A DNA stretch of 64,000 bases, taken from contig CAJTNT010000023.1 in the NCBI GenBank assembly GCA_910577785.1, positions 4,074 through 68,073 of the forward strand. Reading direction: 5' to 3'. The position numbers were made by a program, and so were the translations under genes. How positions within the stretch are numbered: position 1 is the first letter of the stretch; each line of letters begins with the position of its first letter. The notes beneath the pieces are model-generated. The model saw only the letters and a program-made list of their open reading frames with translations, searched no databases and was not told where the DNA came from. The stretch is from an uncultured Lachnospiraceae bacterium (GTDB taxonomy: Bacteria > Bacillota > Clostridia > Lachnospirales > Lachnospiraceae). Of this stretch, positions 54,793 through 62,458 are shown one piece after another.

Positions 54793-56365
54793 GATACTGA
54801 CAAAGCTGGAGCTTTGTAACCTCTATGGACGCAATGTCTTCCGCTTTTCCAAGGACAGAAAGGCCAGAAAAAAGTCTCTTGGTTTACTGGCTATCTGGGT
54901 TCTGTTGCTTGCCCTCCTAGTCTTTTATGTGGGCGGTCTGGCCTATGGGCTGATTTGTTTGGGGTTGGAAGCAGTGGTTCCCGCCTACCTCATCACTATT
55001 TCCAGCGTGTTGATTTTCGTTTTTGGTATGCTCAAAGCAGGGGGTATCATCTTCCGAAAGGAAGGATATGACATCCTATGTGCGTTGCCGCTTTCCAAGG
55101 GCGCAGTCGCTATCAGCCGCCTGCTGTCCATGTATGTGGAAGAGCTGCTGCTGGCCTTGGCGGTGCTGCTGCCTGGTATGGCGGTATATGCATGGAACCT
55201 CCGCCCAGGCGTTGGTTTTTATCTTACGGGGCTGCTGGGGATAGGAAGTATCCCCCTGCTCCCCATGGCGGCGTCCATCTGCATTGGCGTGCTGATTACG
55301 GGCATATCTTCCCGTATGCGCCATAAAAGCCTGGTAGCGGCAGGGCTGTCTGTTTTCGCGGTCTTGGGGATTATGTACGGGACGTCCCGTCTGTCGGCCG
55401 TAGAGGGCAGCATCGATCCAAAGATGTTAAAAAACCTGTCTGCGTCTGTGATGGCGCTGTTAGGCAAGGTGTATCCGCCGGCGGTCTGGCTGGGGCGCGC
55501 TATCACCTGTGGGGACGTTCTGTGCGGCCTGCTGTGCGCCGTCCTGTCTCTGTCTGTATTTGCGGCTGTGGCGGCAGGCGTTGCCCTCTGTTTCCCCAAG
55601 ATCTGCCAGGGATTATACAGCAGCGCGGCCAAGCATAATTATCAGATGGGAAGGCTCAAGGCAAGTCCTGTTTTGTCCTCCCTGTGCAGACGGGAGTTCA
55701 GGCGCTATTTTTCTTCCAGCATCTATGTGACGAATACCATCATTGGGCCGATTATGGGCTGTATTCTTTCTGGGGCAATGCTTGTAGCCGGAACAGAGGA
55801 GCTGGAAAAGATGCTGCCCCTGCCGCTCGAGGTAGGCCAGGTTGCCCCGTTTGTGATAGCCGGTGCGTTCTGTATGATGACCACCACGGCGACCTCTATC
55901 TCGTTGGAAGGCAAAAGCTGGTGGATTGCCAAAAGCCTGCCCCTGTCTGCGAAAAATATTTTGGACGCGAAGATCCTTATGAACTTGCTGCTGATCCTGC
56001 CCTTTTACCTGCTGTCAGAACTGTTTCTTATCTTTGCGCTGAGGCCGGGAGCTGGGGAATTGCTGTGGCTGTTGCTGGTTCCGGCGGCAATCATCCTGTT
56101 TTCCTGTGTATTCGGCATTACCATCAACCTCCGCTTCCCTGTGTTGGAATGGGAGAGTGAGGTGCGCATCGTCAAACAGAGCGCGTCCGCCATGCTGGGG
56201 AGCATGGGCGGTTTTCTCCTGGCAATCCTCTGCGCCGTGGCTATGGGGATCGTTCCCAAAGGGTATGCCGTTTCCCTAAAGGCTTTGCTCAGCGTTGTGA
56301 TCCTGGCGGCAACCGCAGCCCTATATTACAAAAACAATCGTTTTGATCTCTGCGGGAGGGTTTGA
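54776..56365 (+). CDS. ABC exporter-type integral membrane protein (putative permease partner)
   Basis: 529 aa with roughly 10-12 predicted TM helices. It overlaps the ATPase gene by 17 nt. I recognised no specific family motif. Confidence 0.75.
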   Translation: MLTQIKILTKLELCNLYGRNVFRFSKDRKARKKSLGLLAIWVLLLALLVFYVGGLAYGLICLGLEAVVPAYLITISSVLIFVFGMLKAGGIIFRKEGYDILCALPLSKGAVAISRLLSMYVEELLLALAVLLPGMAVYAWNLRPGVGFYLTGLLGIGSIPLLPMAASICIGVLITGISSRMRHKSLVAAGLSVFAVLGIMYGTSRLSAVEGSIDPKMLKNLSASVMALLGKVYPPAVWLGRAITCGDVLCGLLCAVLSLSVFAAVAAGVALCFPKICQGLYSSAAKHNYQMGRLKASPVLSSLCRREFRRYFSSSIYVTNTIIGPIMGCILSGAMLVAGTEELEKMLPLPLEVGQVAPFVIAGAFCMMTTTATSISLEGKSWWIAKSLPLSAKNILDAKILMNLLLILPFYLLSELFLIFALRPGAGELLWLLLVPAAIILFSCVFGITINLRFPVLEWESEVRIVKQSASAMLGSMGGFLLAILCAVAMGIVPKGYAVSLKALLSVVILAATAALYYKNNRFDLCGRV

Positions 56366-56403
56366 AGATGCGGAATCATATCATCTGTATTGTGCGTTTT
56401 TCC

Positions 56404-56525
56404 TGCGCATTCCGTGAGAACATGATTCAGGAGTGAGGGGCGATTTTTGCGCAGCAAAACTCTAAATATCGCCCCGAACCGTTACTATGAGCGGCTCCCA
56501 AGCGGTGAATAGTAACGGAAATATC
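56404..56525. repeat. intergenic repeat family member (left bracket of the AT-rich islet)
   Basis: The 75-nt core (56404-56478) equals the reverse complement of 59381-59454 with 2 differences by my count (1 substitution, 1 G indel). It contains the hairpin GGGGCGAT...ATCGCCCC and a second hairpin GTTACTAT...ATAGTAAC. The 3' segment GTGAATAGTAACGGAAATATC (56505-56525) recurs in direct orientation at 59475-59494. Confidence 0.85.
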
Positions 56526-56532
56526 GTTGCAA

Positions 56533-57154
56533 TTCACGGCCAATGTCAGTTAGTTAAGAACTTTTAAAATCAAATAAATGGTATGAATATAGGAAAAAAG
56601 TATCATTCTGGGATGGATCTTGGGACAGATGGTGCAGATCATGCCATCTGCCAGGTAATGTTCCTATTTTATGGTATGACAAAAGAACAGGTGCAAAAAT
56701 ACCTGCCATATGGTATAATGTCCCTGTCAGTCAAAAACGGTATGTAAAACTGACTGGTACTTGGAACCTTTGCTGGCGGGCAAAGGTCCTGGAAGGCCTG
56801 ACAGGGAGCGTATGCTTCCTGATCAGGCCTTCCACATCTGGCGGCCTTTCCCCATGGCGCAGCCGCAGGAAATGGCGGCAGGTCTTGTGCCGAAAGGGAT
56901 TTTCCTGTCGCGGGTAAAGTCAATCCTGGGGCGCCTGCAGAAGTCCTCACGGTGCTGGTTCATCTTTTCAATTTCAGACAGCAGAATCTGCTTGATTTTT
57001 TCAGGGTTGGTCATAGTGTGCCTCCTTCCATCAAAAGAAACACATATTTTATCGTTTCTGTCAAGCACTTTTTGGAAATATTTTTCAAAAATTTAGGTTA
57101 GACCCCTATAGCGGAATCTAACCTGATACTTAACTAACTGACATTGGCCGTGAA
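56533..57154. mobile_element. 622-bp MITE-like, internally deleted IS with perfect 26-bp terminal inverted repeats
   Basis: TTCACGGCCAATGTCAGTTAGTTAAG (56533-56558) is the exact reverse complement of 57129-57154. The interior holds only a truncated transposase N-terminus. No target-site duplication is evident. Confidence 0.8.
56823..57014 (-). pseudogene. truncated transposase N-terminal fragment (IS4-family-like)
   Basis: The ATG at 57014 follows GGAAGGAGG. MTNPEKIKQILLSEIEKMNQHREDFCRRPRIDFTRDRKIPF resembles the N-termini of IS4-type transposases common in Clostridia. The frame then degenerates and stops after 64 codons. Confidence 0.6.
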
Positions 57155-57200
57155 GTGTAATCCTTTTTTCATTATTGTGTAGGAAAACAAAATTTTTCTC

Positions 57201-57229
57201 TTGAAAATCATAAGAAAATAGTTTATAAT
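57201..57229 (+). promoter_or_regulatory. near-consensus SigA promoter driving a short plus-strand transcript convergent with the small toxin-like ORF
   Basis: TTGAAA (57201-57206), exactly 17 nt, TATAAT (57224-57229). Confidence 0.6.
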
Positions 57230-57235
57230 CAGCGT

Positions 57236-57355
57236 AGAAGGTAACAGAGATACTGGAATGTCCCCATTACCCCAGACGGAAACTTGTCAAGAACAAATTA
57301 AAAAGTTACATGACAGAGGCTATCCCCTATTTGCGGTAGAGGATAGCTATTTTTG
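57236..57355 (+). ncRNA. candidate ~120-nt small RNA (putative type I antitoxin)
   Basis: It is bounded by the promoter above and by the hairpin GCTATCC (57319-57325) / GGATAGC (57341-57347) followed by TATTTTTGTCTATTT. There is no ORF with an RBS. It ends 2 nt before the stop codon of the convergent 27-codon ORF, so it would be antisense to that mRNA's 3' region. Confidence 0.35.
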
Positions 57356-57356
57356 T

Positions 57357-57440
57357 CTATTTCCGGCTGTTGTGATTATCTATGTAACTAAGGGCGGCGA
57401 AAACCACCAAAATCAACGTCAATACTTCTAACGTATTCAT
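57357..57440 (-). CDS. 27-aa hydrophobic peptide, holin-like/type I toxin candidate
   Basis: Translation is MNTLEVLTLILVVFAALSYIDNHNSRK: one TM-length hydrophobic core and a polar, basic C-terminus. The AAGGGGG SD lies 5 nt upstream of the ATG. An extended -10 promoter TGATATAAT is the reverse complement of 57510-57518. The size and pattern resemble the small 'putative holin-like toxin' peptides of Firmicutes (from memory, not searched). Confidence 0.5.
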   Translation of the reverse strand: MNTLEVLTLILVVFAALSYIDNHNSRK

Positions 57441-57842
57441 AGCAACCCCCTTTCCGTCTCCGAAAAGGGCAACTGGGGCTATCCCCATACTGTTTACACT
57501 GATTAAAAGATTATATCACATTATGTCGATAATTGCCATAAAAATTTCCCTTTTCTTTGAAAATAATGGGTGTAAAAAGCAGCCTAAAAAGTAACTAAGG
57601 AAATTTGATTCTGAAAAAGCAATGCTTAAGGCATCTGTATCCTCTCACTGAAAGATACTCTTAATATATGATTCTGTGTCCTATGTTTATATTCATTTGT
57701 GTCGACATGACGTTCTTTCAGGAATACAAACGTTATATTGTGTTCCATTAGTTCCAAGTACAGATTGGCACACTAATGGATGCTGCTTACAGAAGTTTAT
57801 ATAAAATATTAATGGCAAAGCTGTGAAATGCAGCTGTTCTGG

Positions 57843-57884
57843 AAAACGCTGTGCAGGAGAGAAACCAATGGCACGGCGTTTTTT
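57843..57884 (+). terminator. candidate rho-independent terminator inside the AT-rich islet
   Basis: AAAACGCTGTGC (57843-57854) pairs with GCACGGCGTTTT (57871-57882) with one mismatch, followed by TTTTGTATGTTTTGTTT. Confidence 0.4.
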
Positions 57885-58239
57885 GTATGTTTTGTTTCGG
57901 AAATTGTTACACTTTTTTAGTTTGTGGAGGGAATTCCGATGTTCAGCAAAGGAAAGATGGCCGAAAAAACTTAATAAAATTTTTTGGAAATACTTGACAA
58001 TATGTTCAGAAAATAGTAAGTTATAACTAACAGAAGTAAGTATAAAAGAACTGATGTAAGAAAGAAATGAGAGGTGGTTTTTATGTGATAATTATAGTGG
58101 AAGGATGTTAAAAAGGTGTAGTTTCATAAGAATGCCTGCAAAGGCTTGAAATTACGGAGAATGAAGTTAAAAATAGTAATATTGAAAGAAAGTGAATTTT
58201 ATAGTTGTGCTATTCTAAAAAATATGGAGGTTAAATGAA

Positions 58240-58968
58240 ATGAAAAGTATTTTAAAAAGAGGTATTAGTTTTGTATTAATAGTTACTATGATGTGTTCCG
58301 TGGCTATGAATCGTTGGCAAGTGGTAGCCTTAGCAGAAGAATTGGATGAATCAGATGAAACAGGAACAGAATTTCAGGATGAATTAGAGATTGAGTTTTT
58401 AGAAAAAAGGATTACAGATACATCTGCATATTTACGGTATTTCATAGTGGTAGATGGCAAAAAAGAATATATTACAGAATCGTTAGAATTGAAGGGGAAA
58501 ACGATTGTTTCAAGTATTTCGAGTACAGGGGTTAATGAGAATAATGTTCCGATTACTGTTACAGAAGAGGAGCAGTCAACGATTGTAATTGAAGAGTGTA
58601 ATGAAGAAGAATTGCCGACAGAAAGTTCGTATGAAGAAATGGGGAAAAAATACAACTGGAAATCTTATTCTAAGACATATTCTTTAAAGGGAGCAAAATT
58701 TGCAATTCTTTCTGTAAGTGCTATATTAGTGGCTGTTAGCAAGATGGGATTGGGTACAGCGATATCTGTGGCTGCATCTGTAGTAAATTTTCTATTATCA
58801 CAGGGAAGGTCAAAAATCCCAAACAGTATTTATTTTTCAGGAAAAAGGTGTGTAAGCCGTTCTTGTGGTAGAATATTTTATAAATACAAAGGAAATTTTT
58901 ATGATAGCAGTAAGAAAAAGACACTTTATGCAAAAGGGATTTCCTGGTCAAGGCGTTGGGGACGATAA
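58240..58968 (+). CDS. hypothetical secreted/membrane-associated protein (acidic N-terminal half, Gly/Ala/Ser hydrophobic segment, strongly basic aromatic C-terminus)
   Basis: 242 aa in AT-rich sequence. RBS GGAGG. The signal-like N-terminus is MKSILKRGISFVLIVTMMCSVAMNRWQVVALA. The hydrophobic segment is FAILSVSAILVAVSKMGLGTAISVAASVVNFLL. The C-terminal tail is K/R/Y/W/C-rich. No family recognised. Confidence 0.6.
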   Translation: MKSILKRGISFVLIVTMMCSVAMNRWQVVALAEELDESDETGTEFQDELEIEFLEKRITDTSAYLRYFIVVDGKKEYITESLELKGKTIVSSISSTGVNENNVPITVTEEEQSTIVIEECNEEELPTESSYEEMGKKYNWKSYSKTYSLKGAKFAILSVSAILVAVSKMGLGTAISVAASVVNFLLSQGRSKIPNSIYFSGKRCVSRSCGRIFYKYKGNFYDSSKKKTLYAKGISWSRRWGR

Positions 58969-58983
58969 GGAAGGGATGATTAG

Positions 58984-59265
58984 ATGGAGCATTTGGAAGT
59001 AACACTTACAGCAGCTTTCTATACCTGTCTTGGGCTGATAGACTTATATCGCTATAAGAAAAAGGGTTCAGAAGAAACAGAAGGGACAGATAAGATATTT
59101 ATTTATTTTCTTCTGCTGGGAGTTCCTATTTTTCTAATGGGTATTTTTTATTGGATTATGCAACCAAAATCAGATTTGCTATGGACTGTAACGTTTGTTG
59201 CAAGCATAGTTATTACACTGGCAGTATTCTGGTTGGGCAGAAGGCGAAAAAAGGGTGCTTCGTAG
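58984..59265 (+). CDS. hypothetical small membrane protein (3 predicted TM helices), immunity-protein-like
   Basis: 93 aa. It starts 15 nt after the preceding stop, with AAGGAAGGG upstream. The TM segments are LTAAFYTCLGLIDL, IFIYFLLLGVPIFLMGIFYWI and LLWTVTFVASIVITLAVFWL, followed by a basic tail RRRKKGAS. Confidence 0.6.
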   Translation: MEHLEVTLTAAFYTCLGLIDLYRYKKKGSEETEGTDKIFIYFLLLGVPIFLMGIFYWIMQPKSDLLWTVTFVASIVITLAVFWLGRRRKKGAS

Positions 59266-59341
59266 GTAGGGCAGATTTTAAAGGACAAAACCGGCATGGT
59301 GAGAATGTGCCAGTTTTGTCCTTTGGTGTACCCAGGAAGGT

Positions 59342-59494
59342 GTTACTATTCACGGCCTGCGAGTCCGCGAATAGTAACAATTCGGGGCGATATTTAGAGT
59401 TTTGCTGCGCAAAAATCGCCCTCACTCCTGAAACATGTTCTCACGGAATGCGCATGTCAGCGTATTCCTGAGCCGTGAATAGTAACGAAATATC
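59342..59494. repeat. intergenic repeat family member (right bracket of the AT-rich islet, inverted relative to 56404-56525)
   Basis: It comprises the hairpin GTTACTATTC...GAATAGTAAC (59342-59378), the inverted core 59381-59454, and GTGAATAGTAACGAAATATC (59475-59494). GTTACTATTCACGGC at 59342 and GCCGTGAATAGTAAC at 59473-59487 form 15-bp inverted termini. Confidence 0.85.
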
Positions 59495-59652
59495 CAGAGA
59501 GTGCGTTCTAAGTTTAGTTACTGCTTTACTTCCAATAAAAAATCAAGTATACTGTTTTTAGGCATAGGAATATAAGGCAGGCAAGGAGTGGGGCAGGCTT
59601 GAAATCCTATGTGATAGGCAGTAAAAAAAGTGAATAAGGAGGCATTCTGACA

Positions 59653-62412
59653 ATGAAATTTCAAAAATTCCTTGCAGTGGCGTTAAGCAGCTTGCTCTTA
59701 TGGCAAACGCCGCTGCTTCCGCAGGCAAACGTTATTGCTTCTGCAGGTATAACTATTCCGGCAAATAGCGTTCCCCAAACGTTAAATCCTATAGATTCCC
59801 AAGAACCTTTTGCTCCATTGGAGTTGGTAAATCTTATAACAAGCCCTGTCGATGGGGAGCGGCTCCCAGAGCAAAGAAACTCTGTTGATGGAGAACAGCC
59901 CCCAGAGGCAACAAGCCCTGTCGATGGGGAGCAGCCCCCAGAGGCAGCAAGCCCTGTCGATGGAGAGCAGCCCCCAGAGGCAGCAAGCCCTGTCGATGGG
60001 GAGCAGCCCCCAGAGGCAGCAAGCCCTGTCGATGGGGAACAGCCCGCACAGGCAGAAACAGAGGAGCCTCCCGTATCCGAACCCCAGCTTCCCGTTAGGG
60101 ATGCCGAGGAATTTTTCCAATGGGTGTTTTTGGAACAGGACGCCTATGAGATGGCCATTGGGGATGTTTTTCAGCTGATGGCAGAGGCAGAATACGCATC
60201 GGAAATCACATGGTCTTCCAGTGAGGAAGGGATTGCATCGGTGGCTGAGGACGGAACCGTAACCGCAAATGGCATCGGGACAGCCCAGATTACCGCTATA
60301 GCCACGGCTGTCACGGAGGAAGGTACTTTTGTAGGGACAGCCATATGCGAAATTACGGTGGGAAACCGTATCCAGCTGAACCACAGCGCTCTTAGCCTTT
60401 ATCCGGGCCAGACGGAAACGCTGGCCGCTTCCCTTATGGCGGAGGAGCCCGTTGCCTGGGCTTCTTCCAAGCCAGAAGTTGTTACCGTCAATGCACAGGG
60501 AAGAGTTTCCGCCAAGAAGGCAGGCACGGCAGTGATTACCGCTACTACCCAAAGCGGCGCTGCCGCCTCCTGCCGTGTCAAAGTAAACAAACCTTCCTTA
60601 AGCTTAAAGAGTGCAGCAACGGCATATGTAAAGAGCATGTTAACGTTAAAAGCCACTGCCAAGCCTTCTGGCGCCATCCAATGGAAATCCTCTAATCCCA
60701 AGGTGGCTAAAGTAAATGCCAAGGGCCAGGTTACGCCCAAGAAAACGGGCATAACGACCATTACCGCCACCTGCAACGGCGTATCCAAAAAATGCAAGGT
60801 TACGGTGAGAAACCCTTCCCTGAAATTAAAGAGCAAGACGGCCATTTTATTTGCAGGCAGTACATACCGCCCGGATATTACCGCCAAGCCTTCCAGCAAG
60901 CTGAAGTGGAAATCCTCCAATGCCAAGGTCGCCACGGTCAATCAAGAGGGGGAGATTGTAGGCAAAAAGGCAGGAACGGCAACCCTGACAGCCAGCCTGT
61001 TAGGGAAAAAGGCCACCTGCCAGGTAAAGGTGGTGGAAGATAAGCATAAATTTAGCCGTTCTGCCGTGACGGTGATGAAGGGCAAGGGCACAACGCTAAA
61101 GCTTTTGCATCTTGCCGCCAATGAGTCTGTCTATTTTCGCTTCCAGGAGGGTTCTGGGGCATTGGCCAGCTATTCCTATCATGGTAATGTTTGTGAACTG
61201 ACAGGGGAAGAGACAGGGACAGTTATCCTGCAGGCCGTTTACAGCGCTTCTATGGAGGGGCAGACAGTCACTGGGGTGGCGGAATGTAAAGTCAGGATTA
61301 TTGACAGCGGGATTATCCAGCAGCAGACATCCATTGCCGTCCATACTTCCAAGCAGCTGAAGCTGAAAAACGTAGGCAAAAGCGGCCTTTCCATCACGCA
61401 TACGGCCTGGGAGTCTTCCAATGCCAAAATAGCCAGCGTAGGCCAGGATGGGAAGATAAAAGGAAAAGCTTCCGGTGCAGCCAGGATTACGGCAACTGTA
61501 ACTTATTCTGATGGGACGGCAAAAGCATTCCATACCTCCGTCAAAGTGTCTAACCCGAAGCTGAAATCCTCTGGCACAGTGATGACGGTTGGGAAATCAA
61601 AGCGTCTGAAATTGACAGGAACGAATGCATTCAGCAACGTAAAATGGAGCATCAACAAGGCTGCGCTGGCCTCTATCGGGCAGGACGGGACGGTAGTGTC
61701 CGGTTATAACACAGGAAAGGCCACCATTACTGTAACGGTAGACGGCAAGAAGATCAAGCACAAGCTGACCGTCACCAACCCACAGCTGAAGTCTTCCTAT
61801 CGCTCCATGGCCGTGGGGAATACGGCGCAGATTAGAGTAAAGGGTGTTTCTTCCCAGAAAAACGTTACCTACAAGTCTAAAAACAAGGCGGTGGCAACCG
61901 TTAGCAAGGACGGGCTTGTGCGGGCAAAGTCTTATGGAAACGCAGAAATTAGCGTAAAGGCAGACGGCATTACTCTGGCCTATAAAGTCAGCGTCGCGCC
62001 CCAGCGGGCATTGGACGCATGTAAGAGCGGGCATCAGATTATGTACAGCTCTACCTATAGCCAGGCAAGGCGTATGGAGAACGGTTTTTATGACTGCAGC
62101 TCCCTTGTGTTCCGGGCGTATGGCAGGGATACAGGCCTGTTGGGCGGCATCCCTTCCTATGCGCCTTCGGCTGCGGCTATGGCCTATTACTTGGAACGGA
62201 CAGGGAAAGGCATTTCCCAGCAAGGCCTGGACGCGTCCCAGCTGCTGCCGGGGGATCTGATATTTTATGGCAGCGCTTCCAGCCCCAATGGGAGGTACAA
62301 GAACATTTACCATGTGTCCATGTATTATGGGGACGGCTACCGCCTGGAGAATCCCCTGCGCTATTATTACCCAGATAGCAATATCGTACTGATTGCCAGG
62401 CCGGTAAGATAA
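59653..62412 (+). CDS. secreted NlpC/P60-family cell-wall hydrolase with multiple Big_2 domains and an N-terminal tandem repeat
   Basis: 919 aa with signal peptide MKFQKFLAVALSSLLLWQTPLLPQANV. Eight or more Big_2-like repeats are present. The C-terminal NlpC/P60 domain has FYDCSSLVFRAY (catalytic Cys), GDLIFYG and HVSMYYG. Confidence 0.88.
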   Translation: MKFQKFLAVALSSLLLWQTPLLPQANVIASAGITIPANSVPQTLNPIDSQEPFAPLELVNLITSPVDGERLPEQRNSVDGEQPPEATSPVDGEQPPEAASPVDGEQPPEAASPVDGEQPPEAASPVDGEQPAQAETEEPPVSEPQLPVRDAEEFFQWVFLEQDAYEMAIGDVFQLMAEAEYASEITWSSSEEGIASVAEDGTVTANGIGTAQITAIATAVTEEGTFVGTAICEITVGNRIQLNHSALSLYPGQTETLAASLMAEEPVAWASSKPEVVTVNAQGRVSAKKAGTAVITATTQSGAAASCRVKVNKPSLSLKSAATAYVKSMLTLKATAKPSGAIQWKSSNPKVAKVNAKGQVTPKKTGITTITATCNGVSKKCKVTVRNPSLKLKSKTAILFAGSTYRPDITAKPSSKLKWKSSNAKVATVNQEGEIVGKKAGTATLTASLLGKKATCQVKVVEDKHKFSRSAVTVMKGKGTTLKLLHLAANESVYFRFQEGSGALASYSYHGNVCELTGEETGTVILQAVYSASMEGQTVTGVAECKVRIIDSGIIQQQTSIAVHTSKQLKLKNVGKSGLSITHTAWESSNAKIASVGQDGKIKGKASGAARITATVTYSDGTAKAFHTSVKVSNPKLKSSGTVMTVGKSKRLKLTGTNAFSNVKWSINKAALASIGQDGTVVSGYNTGKATITVTVDGKKIKHKLTVTNPQLKSSYRSMAVGNTAQIRVKGVSSQKNVTYKSKNKAVATVSKDGLVRAKSYGNAEISVKADGITLAYKVSVAPQRALDACKSGHQIMYSSTYSQARRMENGFYDCSSLVFRAYGRDTGLLGGIPSYAPSAAAMAYYLERTGKGISQQGLDASQLLPGDLIFYGSASSPNGRYKNIYHVSMYYGDGYRLENPLRYYYPDSNIVLIARPVR
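59842..60057 (+). repeat. ~6x 36-nt in-frame tandem repeat encoding SPVDGEQPPEAA
   Basis: AGCCCTGTCGATGGGGAGCAGCCCCCAGAGGCAGCA has three near-identical central copies and more diverged outer copies. Confidence 0.9.
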
Positions 62413-62458
62413 TAGTATCATGATAGCCCTTGCGGAAATATAGTAAGGAGGAGCCCAA

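Noticed and set aside
57823-58026. 67-aa ORF inside the AT-rich islet.
   Set aside because: It has no convincing RBS, and the ORF spans a predicted terminator hairpin (57843-57884). The sequence is Cys/Lys/Phe-rich without pattern. The region may instead be untranslated leader or sRNA space.
59842-60057. The in-frame 36-nt tandem repeat (and the 33-nt one at 30498-30596) considered as non-coding arrays or contingency loci.
   Set aside because: The repeat units are multiples of 3 and sit within clearly coding frames. They encode Pro/Glu/Thr-rich linkers after signal peptides, which makes them ordinary extracellular spacer regions, though possibly length-variable among strains.
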